A stretch of DNA of 11,401 nt from positions 1 to 11,401 of the forward strand of contig JBJMMA010000118.1 of the NCBI GenBank assembly GCA_045805065.1, written 5' to 3'. Source of the DNA: Bdellovibrionia bacterium (GTDB lineage Bacteria; Bdellovibrionota; UBA1018). Made by a program: the position numbers and the translations under genes. The notes under the pieces are model-generated. The model was given only the letters and a program-made list of their open reading frames with translations. It was not told where the DNA came from and searched no databases. This document shows, piece by piece, positions 1-7,156 of this stretch (position 1 is the stretch's first letter; each line of letters begins with the position of its first letter).

Positions 1-67
1 CCGCTCCAGCGACAGATCCATTGATAAAGAGTGTAAGAACAGTTCCAATAATCACTTTCCAGAACAT
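1..67 (-). CDS. Partial CDS (5' end only, runs off the left edge); probable secreted or membrane protein with a signal-peptide-like N-terminus
   Basis: Not in the ORF track. The minus strand from ATG at 67 reads MFWKVIIGTVLTLFINGSVAGA..., open to the window edge: a Lys, a hydrophobic core and an A-x-A-like end. An in-frame GTG at 91 overlaps the end of the upstream gene and is an alternative, coupled start. Confidence 0.55.
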   Translation of the reverse strand, partial: MFWKVIIGTVLTLFINGSVAGA

Positions 68-83
68 CGCAACGTCTCGCTTT

Positions 84-1094
84 CTAGTCACCAATCCGCA
101 ATCCGTAGAGAGCCACAGGCGCTCTTTCAGCTCCTGGAAAACGAAGCGTGATCTCGCGATGAGTTTCAGGAAGCGCTCTGAAAAAGTAATAGAGCCTTGC
201 TGAGCCGATTTTTGCCGTGGCCTTGCGCTTTTGTGAAGCTTCCGCCAGCGGATTACTTAAGATCTGAAAATCGATGGAAAGATCTTCGTCCAGGATTCCT
301 GCATCACGCGGATACTCTCTGGGCGCTTCGACAACAATTTCAGATTCGCCACGCTCTCCAAGGGATTGCGCGATGATTCCGAGTCTTCTTCCGCCGCATT
401 TAAAACTCAGAGTAGCTTGCGAGTCCTGAGGGATCACACGATCATTTTCCCGTGTCCAGTTGCCGTGAAAGACAATATCTGTTTCGTTTGCCGGGTTACC
501 GAAATCAACATTCGCGACATTCTTTACAGGATGCTCTGGCACATTCATGGGCTCAAAGAGCGGTAGCCCTGGATCGGATTCGCGCAAGAATTTTTGTATT
601 TCAACTTCGGTGCCTTGAAACCATGCAGGCCCTGAACGATCAATCACCTGTCTGTTCTGCGAAAGAAGAACGAGCTTAGGGAGCTCCTGGACCTGAAACG
701 CCTGATGCAGAAGCGCCTCGCGATCCATCACAGTGACCACAGGACCTTCAAGCTGTTGTGAAAATTTATGGCCCCACAAAGACTCGGTCGCAAATGCGAA
801 AGGAAGTTTGAGTACAACCATGACATTGAGCTTTTGTGGCTCGTAGCGATTGGCCCAGCTTTGGGCGTACAAAAGCGTGTCGCGGGCCGAGAGCAAGAAA
901 GGGTCAGCAAAGAAGATGAGCCATGCCCGATCCGTCATTCGCGAATCCAGCGGATAAGCCTGCACGCCCTTCTCGCTTCGAACTGCGCTCATCAAAGGTT
1001 CGGGACAGCCAAACCAATAAGGTGCAAGCTCCTGCTTGGCTCGACTAATCGCCTCTTCCGGAGTCAGCGGTTTTTCTCTTCGCTTGATTGGCAT
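84..1094 (-). CDS. DipZ-like protein (thioredoxin/redoxin fold plus C-terminal beta-rich domain) lacking the CxxC motif
   Basis: 336-aa ORF. The segments WLIFFADPFLLSARDTLLYAQSWANRY..LNVMVV..PFAF, VMDREALLHQAFQVQELPKLVLL and GTEVEIQKFLRE line up by eye with the DipZ/TlpA-type redoxin pattern (VLxDFWTYSCINCxRTLPY..W..KY..L.VIGVH.PEFAFE / V..DN....W.AF....WP..YL / E..I..LL.E). The C-terminal FHGNW...ARLY...ITLRF...LYGLRIG resembles the DipZ C-terminal domain. Confidence 0.65.
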   Translation of the reverse strand: MPIKRREKPLTPEEAISRAKQELAPYWFGCPEPLMSAVRSEKGVQAYPLDSRMTDRAWLIFFADPFLLSARDTLLYAQSWANRYEPQKLNVMVVLKLPFAFATESLWGHKFSQQLEGPVVTVMDREALLHQAFQVQELPKLVLLSQNRQVIDRSGPAWFQGTEVEIQKFLRESDPGLPLFEPMNVPEHPVKNVANVDFGNPANETDIVFHGNWTRENDRVIPQDSQATLSFKCGGRRLGIIAQSLGERGESEIVVEAPREYPRDAGILDEDLSIDFQILSNPLAEASQKRKATAKIGSARLYYFFRALPETHREITLRFPGAERAPVALYGLRIGD

Positions 1095-1113
1095 AGAATT
1101 TAGAATTGGGGAT

Positions 1114-2607
1114 TTAAATTTGGATATCGACGTCGCTGCCGTTTCTCAGCGTTTCATAGCCACGGATTCTGCCGCGCTCTTTTCCTAGGCAAGCAAGCAT
1201 CGCTCCGAAAGCGACAAGACCCGAGATCAGATAAGTCAGGTGAAGAGATCCAATATAGTCCCCGGTGTTTTGCATCCGCCAGGTGAAAAGCCCGGTGGCC
1301 ATTCCGGTGCCGATCACAAATCCCAAGTTTCGGACCGTTGCCAGAAACGCCGACGCGACTCCAAGCTTTGCAGGAGGAACTGCGCTCATGATGGCGTTGT
1401 TGTTCGGAGCTTGAAAAAGACCCGTTGCGAGACCGATCGAGCAGAGCGCCAGGATCACCCAGCGGGGATCGACGTGCGCGTGGATTCCGCGACCAAAAAT
1501 TCCAGCCATGGTCAGAAGCGAGACGGCTCCGACTAATGCTCCGGAAAAGCTCAGCTCCTGGCTGCCAAAGCGATCCGAGAGGCGACCGCTCATCGGGGCA
1601 ATCAGGAAAATCATGAAAGGAATGGCCGTCATGTAAAGTCCTGCCTGATGCGGAAGCAGGCCTAAGACTTCTTCCAGAAAGAATGGCATCAGCACAGAGA
1701 CTGCTGAGAACGATACGAACATCATGAAACTGGCCAGATTGGCGCTCCAGAAAGTTCTGTTATTCAAAAGAGAGAGATCAAAGACCGGAGCTTTAACAAC
1801 AGACTCAACTTTGATGAAAATCGCGCCAAAGATCAAAGTCACGATCGCGATGATCCAACGGGAAATCTCAATCGGCTCGCCGCCAGAGAAAGCGATCCTG
1901 GGAGGATCAAAGAGAATGATCATGGAGACCATCAACACCATTTGAAGAAGCGCGCCCCCCCAATCAAAGGGAGCCTTCTCGCAACGAAGCAGATCTTTTC
2001 TGACAAACCGGTAAACCAGAAAGATGCCGGCAAGTCCGATGGGGATATTCACCCAAAAAATGCTTCTCCATCCCAGCTCGCTGATCAGATATCCGCCGAT
2101 GCTTGGGCCTGAGATCAATCCCGCACTCACCACCATGGCGAGAGTTCCTAATGCCGCACCACGCTCGTTCACAGGAAAGGTCGCTGTGATGATCGCCGGG
2201 CCATTGACCATGAGCATCGACGCTCCAACGCCCTGCAGCGCCCGACAAAGAACCAGACCCATCAGAGTGTTTGAGAATCCGCACATGCCGGAGCCGATGA
2301 CAAAGACCAGATATCCCGCCTGGAACATCTTTTTTCTACCCGCTTGGTCAGACAAACGCCCAAATGGTAATAGTAGGCATGTAATAACTAGAAGATAGAT
2401 AATGACGACCCACTTAATCTGATAGAGGTCGGCCGCTAAATCCTTAGTCAGCGTAGGAAGCGCGATATTGACGATACTGGAATCCAGTGTCGCCATAAAC
2501 GTCCCACATGCAACGGACGAAAGAACCCACCATCTTCTGTGGGAATTGGCATTCGTCTCCGCGCTTTCGGACTTATCAGATTTGGGTGAGCTCACGCTCA
2601 GCGCCAT
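1114..2607 (-). CDS. MFS transporter, DHA2 (EmrB/QacA-like, 14-TMS) drug:H+ antiporter family
   Basis: Motif D1 (FMATLDSSIVNIALPTL), motif A (GRLSDQAGRK, repeated as GRLSDRFG), motif B (RALQGVG), motif C (GPSIGG), WRSIFWVNIPIG and FDWGG. Start placed at ATG 2607 because AGGAG lies 8 nt upstream; the ORF-track TTG at 2640 is less likely. Confidence 0.93.
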   Translation of the reverse strand: MALSVSSPKSDKSESAETNANSHRRWWVLSSVACGTFMATLDSSIVNIALPTLTKDLAADLYQIKWVVIIYLLVITCLLLPFGRLSDQAGRKKMFQAGYLVFVIGSGMCGFSNTLMGLVLCRALQGVGASMLMVNGPAIITATFPVNERGAALGTLAMVVSAGLISGPSIGGYLISELGWRSIFWVNIPIGLAGIFLVYRFVRKDLLRCEKAPFDWGGALLQMVLMVSMIILFDPPRIAFSGGEPIEISRWIIAIVTLIFGAIFIKVESVVKAPVFDLSLLNNRTFWSANLASFMMFVSFSAVSVLMPFFLEEVLGLLPHQAGLYMTAIPFMIFLIAPMSGRLSDRFGSQELSFSGALVGAVSLLTMAGIFGRGIHAHVDPRWVILALCSIGLATGLFQAPNNNAIMSAVPPAKLGVASAFLATVRNLGFVIGTGMATGLFTWRMQNTGDYIGSLHLTYLISGLVAFGAMLACLGKERGRIRGYETLRNGSDVDIQI

Positions 2608-2642
2608 TGAAAATTCTCCTGCTTTTATCAAACTTAACAAGA

Positions 2643-2671
2643 TTGAAAGCGCACTTCAATAAAGGTATCGT
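2643..2671 (+). promoter_or_regulatory. Candidate sigma70 promoter for the transketolase operon
   Basis: TTGAAA (2643-2648), 17-nt spacer, TATCGT (2666-2671), in the divergent intergenic region about 50 nt upstream of ATG 2724. Confidence 0.45.
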
Positions 2672-2723
2672 TGCCGCTCTGGGTAACCCCCTTTTTATAA
2701 GATTTAACTCTAGGAACGAATCT

Positions 2724-3557
2724 ATGACGACTTCACAGCTCACCCGGCTCTCCAATGAACTCCGGATTTGGATCATCGACATGCTTCATGAAGCCAAATC
2801 AGGGCATCCAGGGGGCAGTCTTTCTGCCATTGACCTGATTTCCGCGCTCTGGTTCTCAGAGATGAAGGGCGTTGAGTCAGGAAACCTCGCTGAAGATCGC
2901 GACCGCTTCGTTCTCTCCAAAGGACATGCTGTCCCAGCTCTTTATGCCGTTTTGGCTAAAAAAGGCTTCATTGGCGTCGATGAACTAAAAACTCTTCGCA
3001 AGACGGGCAGCCGTTTGCAGGGCCACCCTGATCGCGTCCGTCTCCCAATCGTGGAAGCATCCACCGGTTCCCTGGGCCAGGGCCTCTCTGTTGCTCAAGG
3101 ACTGGCTATGGCAGCCAAAATGGATGGTAAGAAATCCCGCGTTTTCTGCCTCGTCGGCGACGGCGAGATCCAGGAAGGCCAGATCTGGGAAGCAGCCATG
3201 TCGGCTCCAAAGTTTGAGCTCTCCAACCTTTGCGTGATTTTGGACGCAAACAACGGCCAAATTGATGGCCCTGTCAGCCAAGTCATGCCGATTGAGCCAA
3301 TTGCTGACAAGTGGAAGGCCTTTGGTTGGAATGTTCTGGATATCGATGGCCACAACATGACGGAGATCTTGGGTGCTTATGCTGATGCACGCGCTTCCAA
3401 GAAGCCAACGTTCATCCTCGCTCGCACAGTGAAGGGCAAGGGCGTCTCGTTCATGGAAAATCAAATCGGATGGCATGGCGTTGTGCCGAACGCACAAGAC
3501 GCAGAACGCGCTCGCAAAGAGCTGCAAGCCCTCCTCTCAGCAGAAGCAGTATCCTAA
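2724..3557 (+). CDS. Transketolase, N-terminal (TPP-binding) subunit
   Basis: SGHPGGSLS, DRDRFVLSKGH, LQGHP, STGSLGQG, the TPP motif GDGEIQEG...DANNGQIDG, and TVKGKGVSFME..WHG. ATG 2724 is preceded by AGGA; the longer ORF-track start at 2508 overlaps the MFS gene. Confidence 0.95.
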   Translation: MTTSQLTRLSNELRIWIIDMLHEAKSGHPGGSLSAIDLISALWFSEMKGVESGNLAEDRDRFVLSKGHAVPALYAVLAKKGFIGVDELKTLRKTGSRLQGHPDRVRLPIVEASTGSLGQGLSVAQGLAMAAKMDGKKSRVFCLVGDGEIQEGQIWEAAMSAPKFELSNLCVILDANNGQIDGPVSQVMPIEPIADKWKAFGWNVLDIDGHNMTEILGAYADARASKKPTFILARTVKGKGVSFMENQIGWHGVVPNAQDAERARKELQALLSAEAVS

Positions 3558-3569
3558 GGAGAATTTAAG

Positions 3570-4517
3570 ATGAGCAAAGCAACACGCCAAGCATTCGGTG
3601 AAGCACTCGCAAAACTGGGCGAAAAGCATGAAGACATCGTCGTACTCGACGCTGACCTTGCCAAGTCGACCAAGTCCGAGCTTTTTGCAAAGAAGTACCC
3701 TAACCGCTTTTTTGAAATGGGAATCGCGGAAGCTAACATGATCGGAACGGCAGCAGGCCTCGCCTTTGGCGGCAAGCTTCCTTTCCTCTGCAGCTTCGGT
3801 GCATTCATCACGGGTCGTTACGACACGATTCGCCTCTCGGTCGCATACTCTGGCGCAAACGTTCGTATCATTGGTACGCACGCAGGCGTTGGCATCGGCG
3901 ATGATGGTCACAGCCAAATGGGACTGGAAGACATCAGCCTCATGCGCGCACTTCCGACGATGGGCGTTTTCCAACCAATGGATGCTCGCGAAACCGAGCT
4001 TTTGATGGATTATCTGGTCACCGAGCACAAAGGTCCTGCCTACGTTCGTCTGACCCGTCAAAATCTGCCAGATCTCTATCCAGCCAACGCGCCTTTCAAG
4101 CCAGGAAAGCTGATTGAAATCCTTCCTGCTTCTGGCGGAAAAGCTAAGGTCGTCTGCATCGCATCCGGCGCAACGGTAGGCGAGTCAGTGGAAGCTGCAA
4201 AGCTTCTGGCTGCACAAGGCATCTCGATGTCTGTCTGGAACGCTGGCACGTTAAAGCCATTTGATGATGAGAAGACCCTTGAGCTTGCTCAAGGCGCAGA
4301 GCTCATTGTGACCGCTGAAGACCACTCGGTCATCGGTGGACTGGGAAGCTGCGTTGCTGAAGCGATGTCCAAAAAGCCACAAACCGCGCGCCTGGTTCGT
4401 CTCGGCATTCAAGATGATTTCGGTGAGAGCGGTGAGCCAGTCGAGCTTTACGATAAGCACGGCATTTCGGCCAAAATGATTGCTCGCGAAATCGCAAAAC
4501 AGCTCGGGAAAATGTGA
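3570..4517 (+). CDS. Transketolase, C-terminal subunit (pyrimidine-binding plus C-terminal domains)
   Basis: ATRQAFGEAL, VLDADLAKST, FFEMGIAEANMIG.AAGLA, GDDGHSQ..EDI, GPAYVRL.R and EDHSVIGGLGS. Strong SD (AAGGAG) in the 12-nt gap after the N subunit. Confidence 0.95.
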   Translation: MSKATRQAFGEALAKLGEKHEDIVVLDADLAKSTKSELFAKKYPNRFFEMGIAEANMIGTAAGLAFGGKLPFLCSFGAFITGRYDTIRLSVAYSGANVRIIGTHAGVGIGDDGHSQMGLEDISLMRALPTMGVFQPMDARETELLMDYLVTEHKGPAYVRLTRQNLPDLYPANAPFKPGKLIEILPASGGKAKVVCIASGATVGESVEAAKLLAAQGISMSVWNAGTLKPFDDEKTLELAQGAELIVTAEDHSVIGGLGSCVAEAMSKKPQTARLVRLGIQDDFGESGEPVELYDKHGISAKMIAREIAKQLGKM

Positions 4518-5578
4518 TGAAAGCTTGGAGGGTCGGTCAGCACGGTGGATCAGAAGTTCTGGTTCGGTCCGAGCTGCCTGACCCTACTCCAGGCCCCATG
4601 CAGGTTCGAGTGCGCATTGAAGCCGTTGGCCTCAACCACTTGGACGTCTGGGTTCGCAAAGGCGTTCCCGGCCATCACTTCCCTCTTCCTCTCACGCCAG
4701 GCTGCGATGTTGCTGGCGTCATCGATACTTTTGGACCTGGCGCTGAAGAAGCACTGGCTTCGACTTCAAAGCTCAAAAAGGGTTCTCCTGTTGTCCTCAA
4801 TCCCGGCCTCTCTTGTGGCCGATGTGAAGCATGCTTGGGAGGATTTGATCCCCTTTGCCCGCGCTACGGAATTTTGGGTGAAACCACCGATGGTGGATGC
4901 GCAGATTACGTCGTTGTTCCGGTTCAAAATCTGATTGCGCGTCCTGAGGGAATGTCTGCCGTTGAAGCTGCAGCTCTTCCGATTCCTTATCTGACGGCTT
5001 GGACGATGCTGACCACTAAAGTGGGCGTGCGTCCTGGCGAGCACGTTCTCATTCAGGCTGGTGGAAGTGGCGTTTCTGTTGCCGCCATTCAAATGGCCAA
5101 GATGCTGGGCGCTCATGTCATCACGACTGTAAGCAGCGAAGAAAAAGCAGCCAAAGCAAAGGCTTTAGGCGCGGATCATGTGATTCTTTATAAGAAGACG
5201 CCTTTCCGTGAAGAATTGAAAAAGATCCTCGCTCCGCTCGGAAAAAAGGGCTGCGAAGTCGTCATCGACCATGTGGGTGCTGACACTTTCAATGACAGCA
5301 TCAAGTCCCTTGCTTGGGGCGGAAGACTGGTCACTTGCGGCGCAACCTCGGGCTCTGACGTTAAAATCGATCTCAAAGTCGTCTTTTTCAAAAACATCTC
5401 GATTCTTGGCTCCACCATGGGCAGCAAAGCCGATCTCATCCGTATTGTGGATCTCGTGCACGCCAAGAAGCTCAAAGCCATTGTGGATTCGACAATGCCA
5501 ATGAGTGAATTGCCTCAAGCGCTGGAGCGCCTTGAGAATCGGCAAGCTTTTGGCAAAGTTGTTCTTATACAGTCGTAG
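4517..5578 (+). CDS. Zinc-binding dehydrogenase / NAD(P)H oxidoreductase, MDR superfamily (Zn-ADH-like subgroup)
   Basis: GroES-like N domain (GLNHLDVWVRKG, PLTPGCDVAG), structural-zinc cluster CGRCEAC-x7-C, Rossmann motif AGGSGVS, GGRLVTCGATSG, ILGSTMGS and FGKVVL. ATG 4517 overlaps the upstream stop (TGATG); an in-frame GTG lies at 4514. Confidence 0.92.
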   Translation: MKAWRVGQHGGSEVLVRSELPDPTPGPMQVRVRIEAVGLNHLDVWVRKGVPGHHFPLPLTPGCDVAGVIDTFGPGAEEALASTSKLKKGSPVVLNPGLSCGRCEACLGGFDPLCPRYGILGETTDGGCADYVVVPVQNLIARPEGMSAVEAAALPIPYLTAWTMLTTKVGVRPGEHVLIQAGGSGVSVAAIQMAKMLGAHVITTVSSEEKAAKAKALGADHVILYKKTPFREELKKILAPLGKKGCEVVIDHVGADTFNDSIKSLAWGGRLVTCGATSGSDVKIDLKVVFFKNISILGSTMGSKADLIRIVDLVHAKKLKAIVDSTMPMSELPQALERLENRQAFGKVVLIQS

Positions 5579-5607
5579 GCGCAAACGTAGGCACAGGTTC
5601 AAACATC

Positions 5608-6135
5608 ATGTTTCTCTTTGGACACCTTGGAATCGGACTCAAGCTTGCCAGCCCCTGGAGAAGAGGGCTCTCGCGCCGCTTGATTCTTCTGGGAACGATC
5701 CTTCCTGATTTGATGGATAAGCCGCTCTATTATGGCCTCTCCTGGATCACTGGCAAAAGTGGCGCGGACCTTGGGATGATTGCAGGGACCAGAAGCTTTG
5801 GGCACACGGCTTTAGTGCTTCTCTCGATGACTTTGACGTCGGTTATCTTCCGCATCCGTTGGCTGGCTGCGATCTGTATCGGCGTAGCCACGCACCTTCT
5901 TCTCGATAATGTGGGAGATCGGTTTCTATCGGGTCACGACTTCACGCTTCGCGCCCTTTTGTGGCCATTCTTAGGCTGGCAATTCCCTGCGTATCCTTTC
6001 AGCGGAGCTCATCAGCATTTTGGACGAATCTCAGAACCCTACTTCTTTACTACCGAGATTTTAGGATTTTTGATTCTCTGCTGGGAGTATTGGAAGCACA
6101 GGCGGATCCGCCGGATTCGGCTCCAATCCCAGTAA
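5608..6135 (+). CDS. Membrane-bound metal-dependent hydrolase (YdjM/DUF457-like)
   Basis: Conserved motif order: N-terminal GH, PDL.DKP, R.FGHT and HLLLD, then LLWPF, interspersed with hydrophobic helices. Confidence 0.85.
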   Translation: MFLFGHLGIGLKLASPWRRGLSRRLILLGTILPDLMDKPLYYGLSWITGKSGADLGMIAGTRSFGHTALVLLSMTLTSVIFRIRWLAAICIGVATHLLLDNVGDRFLSGHDFTLRALLWPFLGWQFPAYPFSGAHQHFGRISEPYFFTTEILGFLILCWEYWKHRRIRRIRLQSQ

Positions 6136-6568
6136 TTTTCGCAAAGATCCAAAGCGGTCCAATCATCAGATGAGTCACGTTGCGAAAAAACGCAGGTGAT
6201 TTCTTCTCGTATTTTGCGTGTCCAATGCCTTGAAGAATCCAGCCAAAAACAAACAGCGTCCAAAGCACGCCGCCTGGAAGCGTACGCCCAAAGAAATATC
6301 CACCCAGCACGACAAAGGAGAATGAGAGACCCATTTTCCAGTCGAGAAAAAGATACCAAAGCGACGCAAGGGCCCAAAGGATCAATCCGCCATCCACGCG
6401 GAGAAGCGGGCTTCCAAAGATGCTGCCCGAATCAATCACCCAAGCTGACAAGAGCCCGAGTAAACTAACGACGATGAATGGGATCCCAAAGCAGTGACAA
6501 ACTTCGTTGCCTGTTGTGCTGTGGTAGGCGTCGTAGTCTTTGAAGTAGGCTTGAAGTTTGGGGGACAC
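6050..6568 (-). CDS. DUF962 / Mpo1-like membrane protein
   Basis: Y..YH....N...H..GIP.I at the N-terminus and GWILQ.IGH..YEKKSPAF......L.IGPLW at the C-terminus, with TM helices between. GTG start. Confidence 0.88.
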   Translation of the reverse strand: MSPKLQAYFKDYDAYHSTTGNEVCHCFGIPFIVVSLLGLLSAWVIDSGSIFGSPLLRVDGGLILWALASLWYLFLDWKMGLSFSFVVLGGYFFGRTLPGGVLWTLFVFGWILQGIGHAKYEKKSPAFFRNVTHLMIGPLWIFAKITGIGAESGGSACASNTPSRESKILKSR

Positions 6569-6601
6569 GCCTTGATTTTAAACGAAATTTAGATCATGCG
6601 C

Positions 6602-6630
6602 TTGCACAAAATTATGGCGGCTGGCACCAT
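6602..6630 (+). promoter_or_regulatory. Candidate sigma70 promoter for the cNMP-binding protein gene
   Basis: TTGCAC (6602-6607), 17 nt, CACCAT (6625-6630) with an extended -10 TG at 6622-6623. It ends 8 nt before ATG 6639, and no SD is visible. Confidence 0.4.
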
Positions 6631-6638
6631 AAATTCCA

Positions 6639-7106
6639 ATGTGGGGCATCAAATCATCTCATCCCGTGACGCGCCAGTTCCGACCCGGCGAATATCTCTT
6701 TCACGAAAACGATCAATCTCGCTCCCTGTTTTTACTTCGAAAAGGCAGCGTGTCAGTACGTAAGTCCAAACCGGGCGGCGAAGTCGAGATCGCGCGGATT
6801 CATTCCAATGAAGTGGTTGGCGAGATCTCCTTTTTTGATCGCTTACCGCGCAGCGCTGCCGCAGTTGCTCTCACCGAAGTCGAAGCCCTCGAAATTACTT
6901 TCGAAGCATTAGATAAAATTTTCGACAAGGTTCCGCCTTACTTCAAGTCCATCATCGCTGGCATGGCAGACCGTCTGAGGCGCGCGGACGATACGATTCG
7001 CAAGCTTCAGAAAGACTTTGTCCAGGACTCATCAGGCGAGTCGGCATCTGACATTTTCACCGCAGCAGATGCTCTTGCTGCGTACGATCCAGATAAAAAA
7101 GATTGA
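6639..7106 (+). CDS. Stand-alone cyclic nucleotide-binding (CAP_ED/cNMP) domain protein, no HTH
   Basis: F.PGEYLFHEND....LFLLRKGSV.V, phosphate-binding cassette GEISFFDRLPRSAAAVA, and C-helix MADRLRRAD, followed only by a short acidic tail. Confidence 0.9.
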   Translation: MWGIKSSHPVTRQFRPGEYLFHENDQSRSLFLLRKGSVSVRKSKPGGEVEIARIHSNEVVGEISFFDRLPRSAAAVALTEVEALEITFEALDKIFDKVPPYFKSIIAGMADRLRRADDTIRKLQKDFVQDSSGESASDIFTAADALAAYDPDKKD

Positions 7107-7156
7107 GATCAACTCTCCACTTGACCGCCAGTCTGTCGCTCGATGAATCTATTTCA

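Noticed and set aside
2350..2480. AT-richer patch with uncommon codons inside the MFS gene
   Set aside because: It encodes Ile/Leu/Val-rich TM helices near the gene's 5' end with the frame intact. No sign of an insertion.
2508..2723. 72-codon N-terminal extension of transketolase N in the ORF track
   Set aside because: It overlaps the MFS gene and divergent promoter region. Homology begins after ATG 2724, which has an SD.
2985..4061. 180-aa and 174-aa minus-strand ORFs antisense to the transketolase genes
   Set aside because: Shadows of well-supported genes, with no independent evidence.
5574..5595. Short direct repeat CGTAGGC(G/A)CA x2 with a 12-nt period after the MDR stop
   Set aside because: Only two short copies with no spacer structure, so not a CRISPR or REP array. 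Probably a local micro-duplication.
6622..6637. TGGCAC resembling a sigma54 -24 element
   Set aside because: No TTGC -12 element at the required spacing (sequence continues CATAAATTCC).
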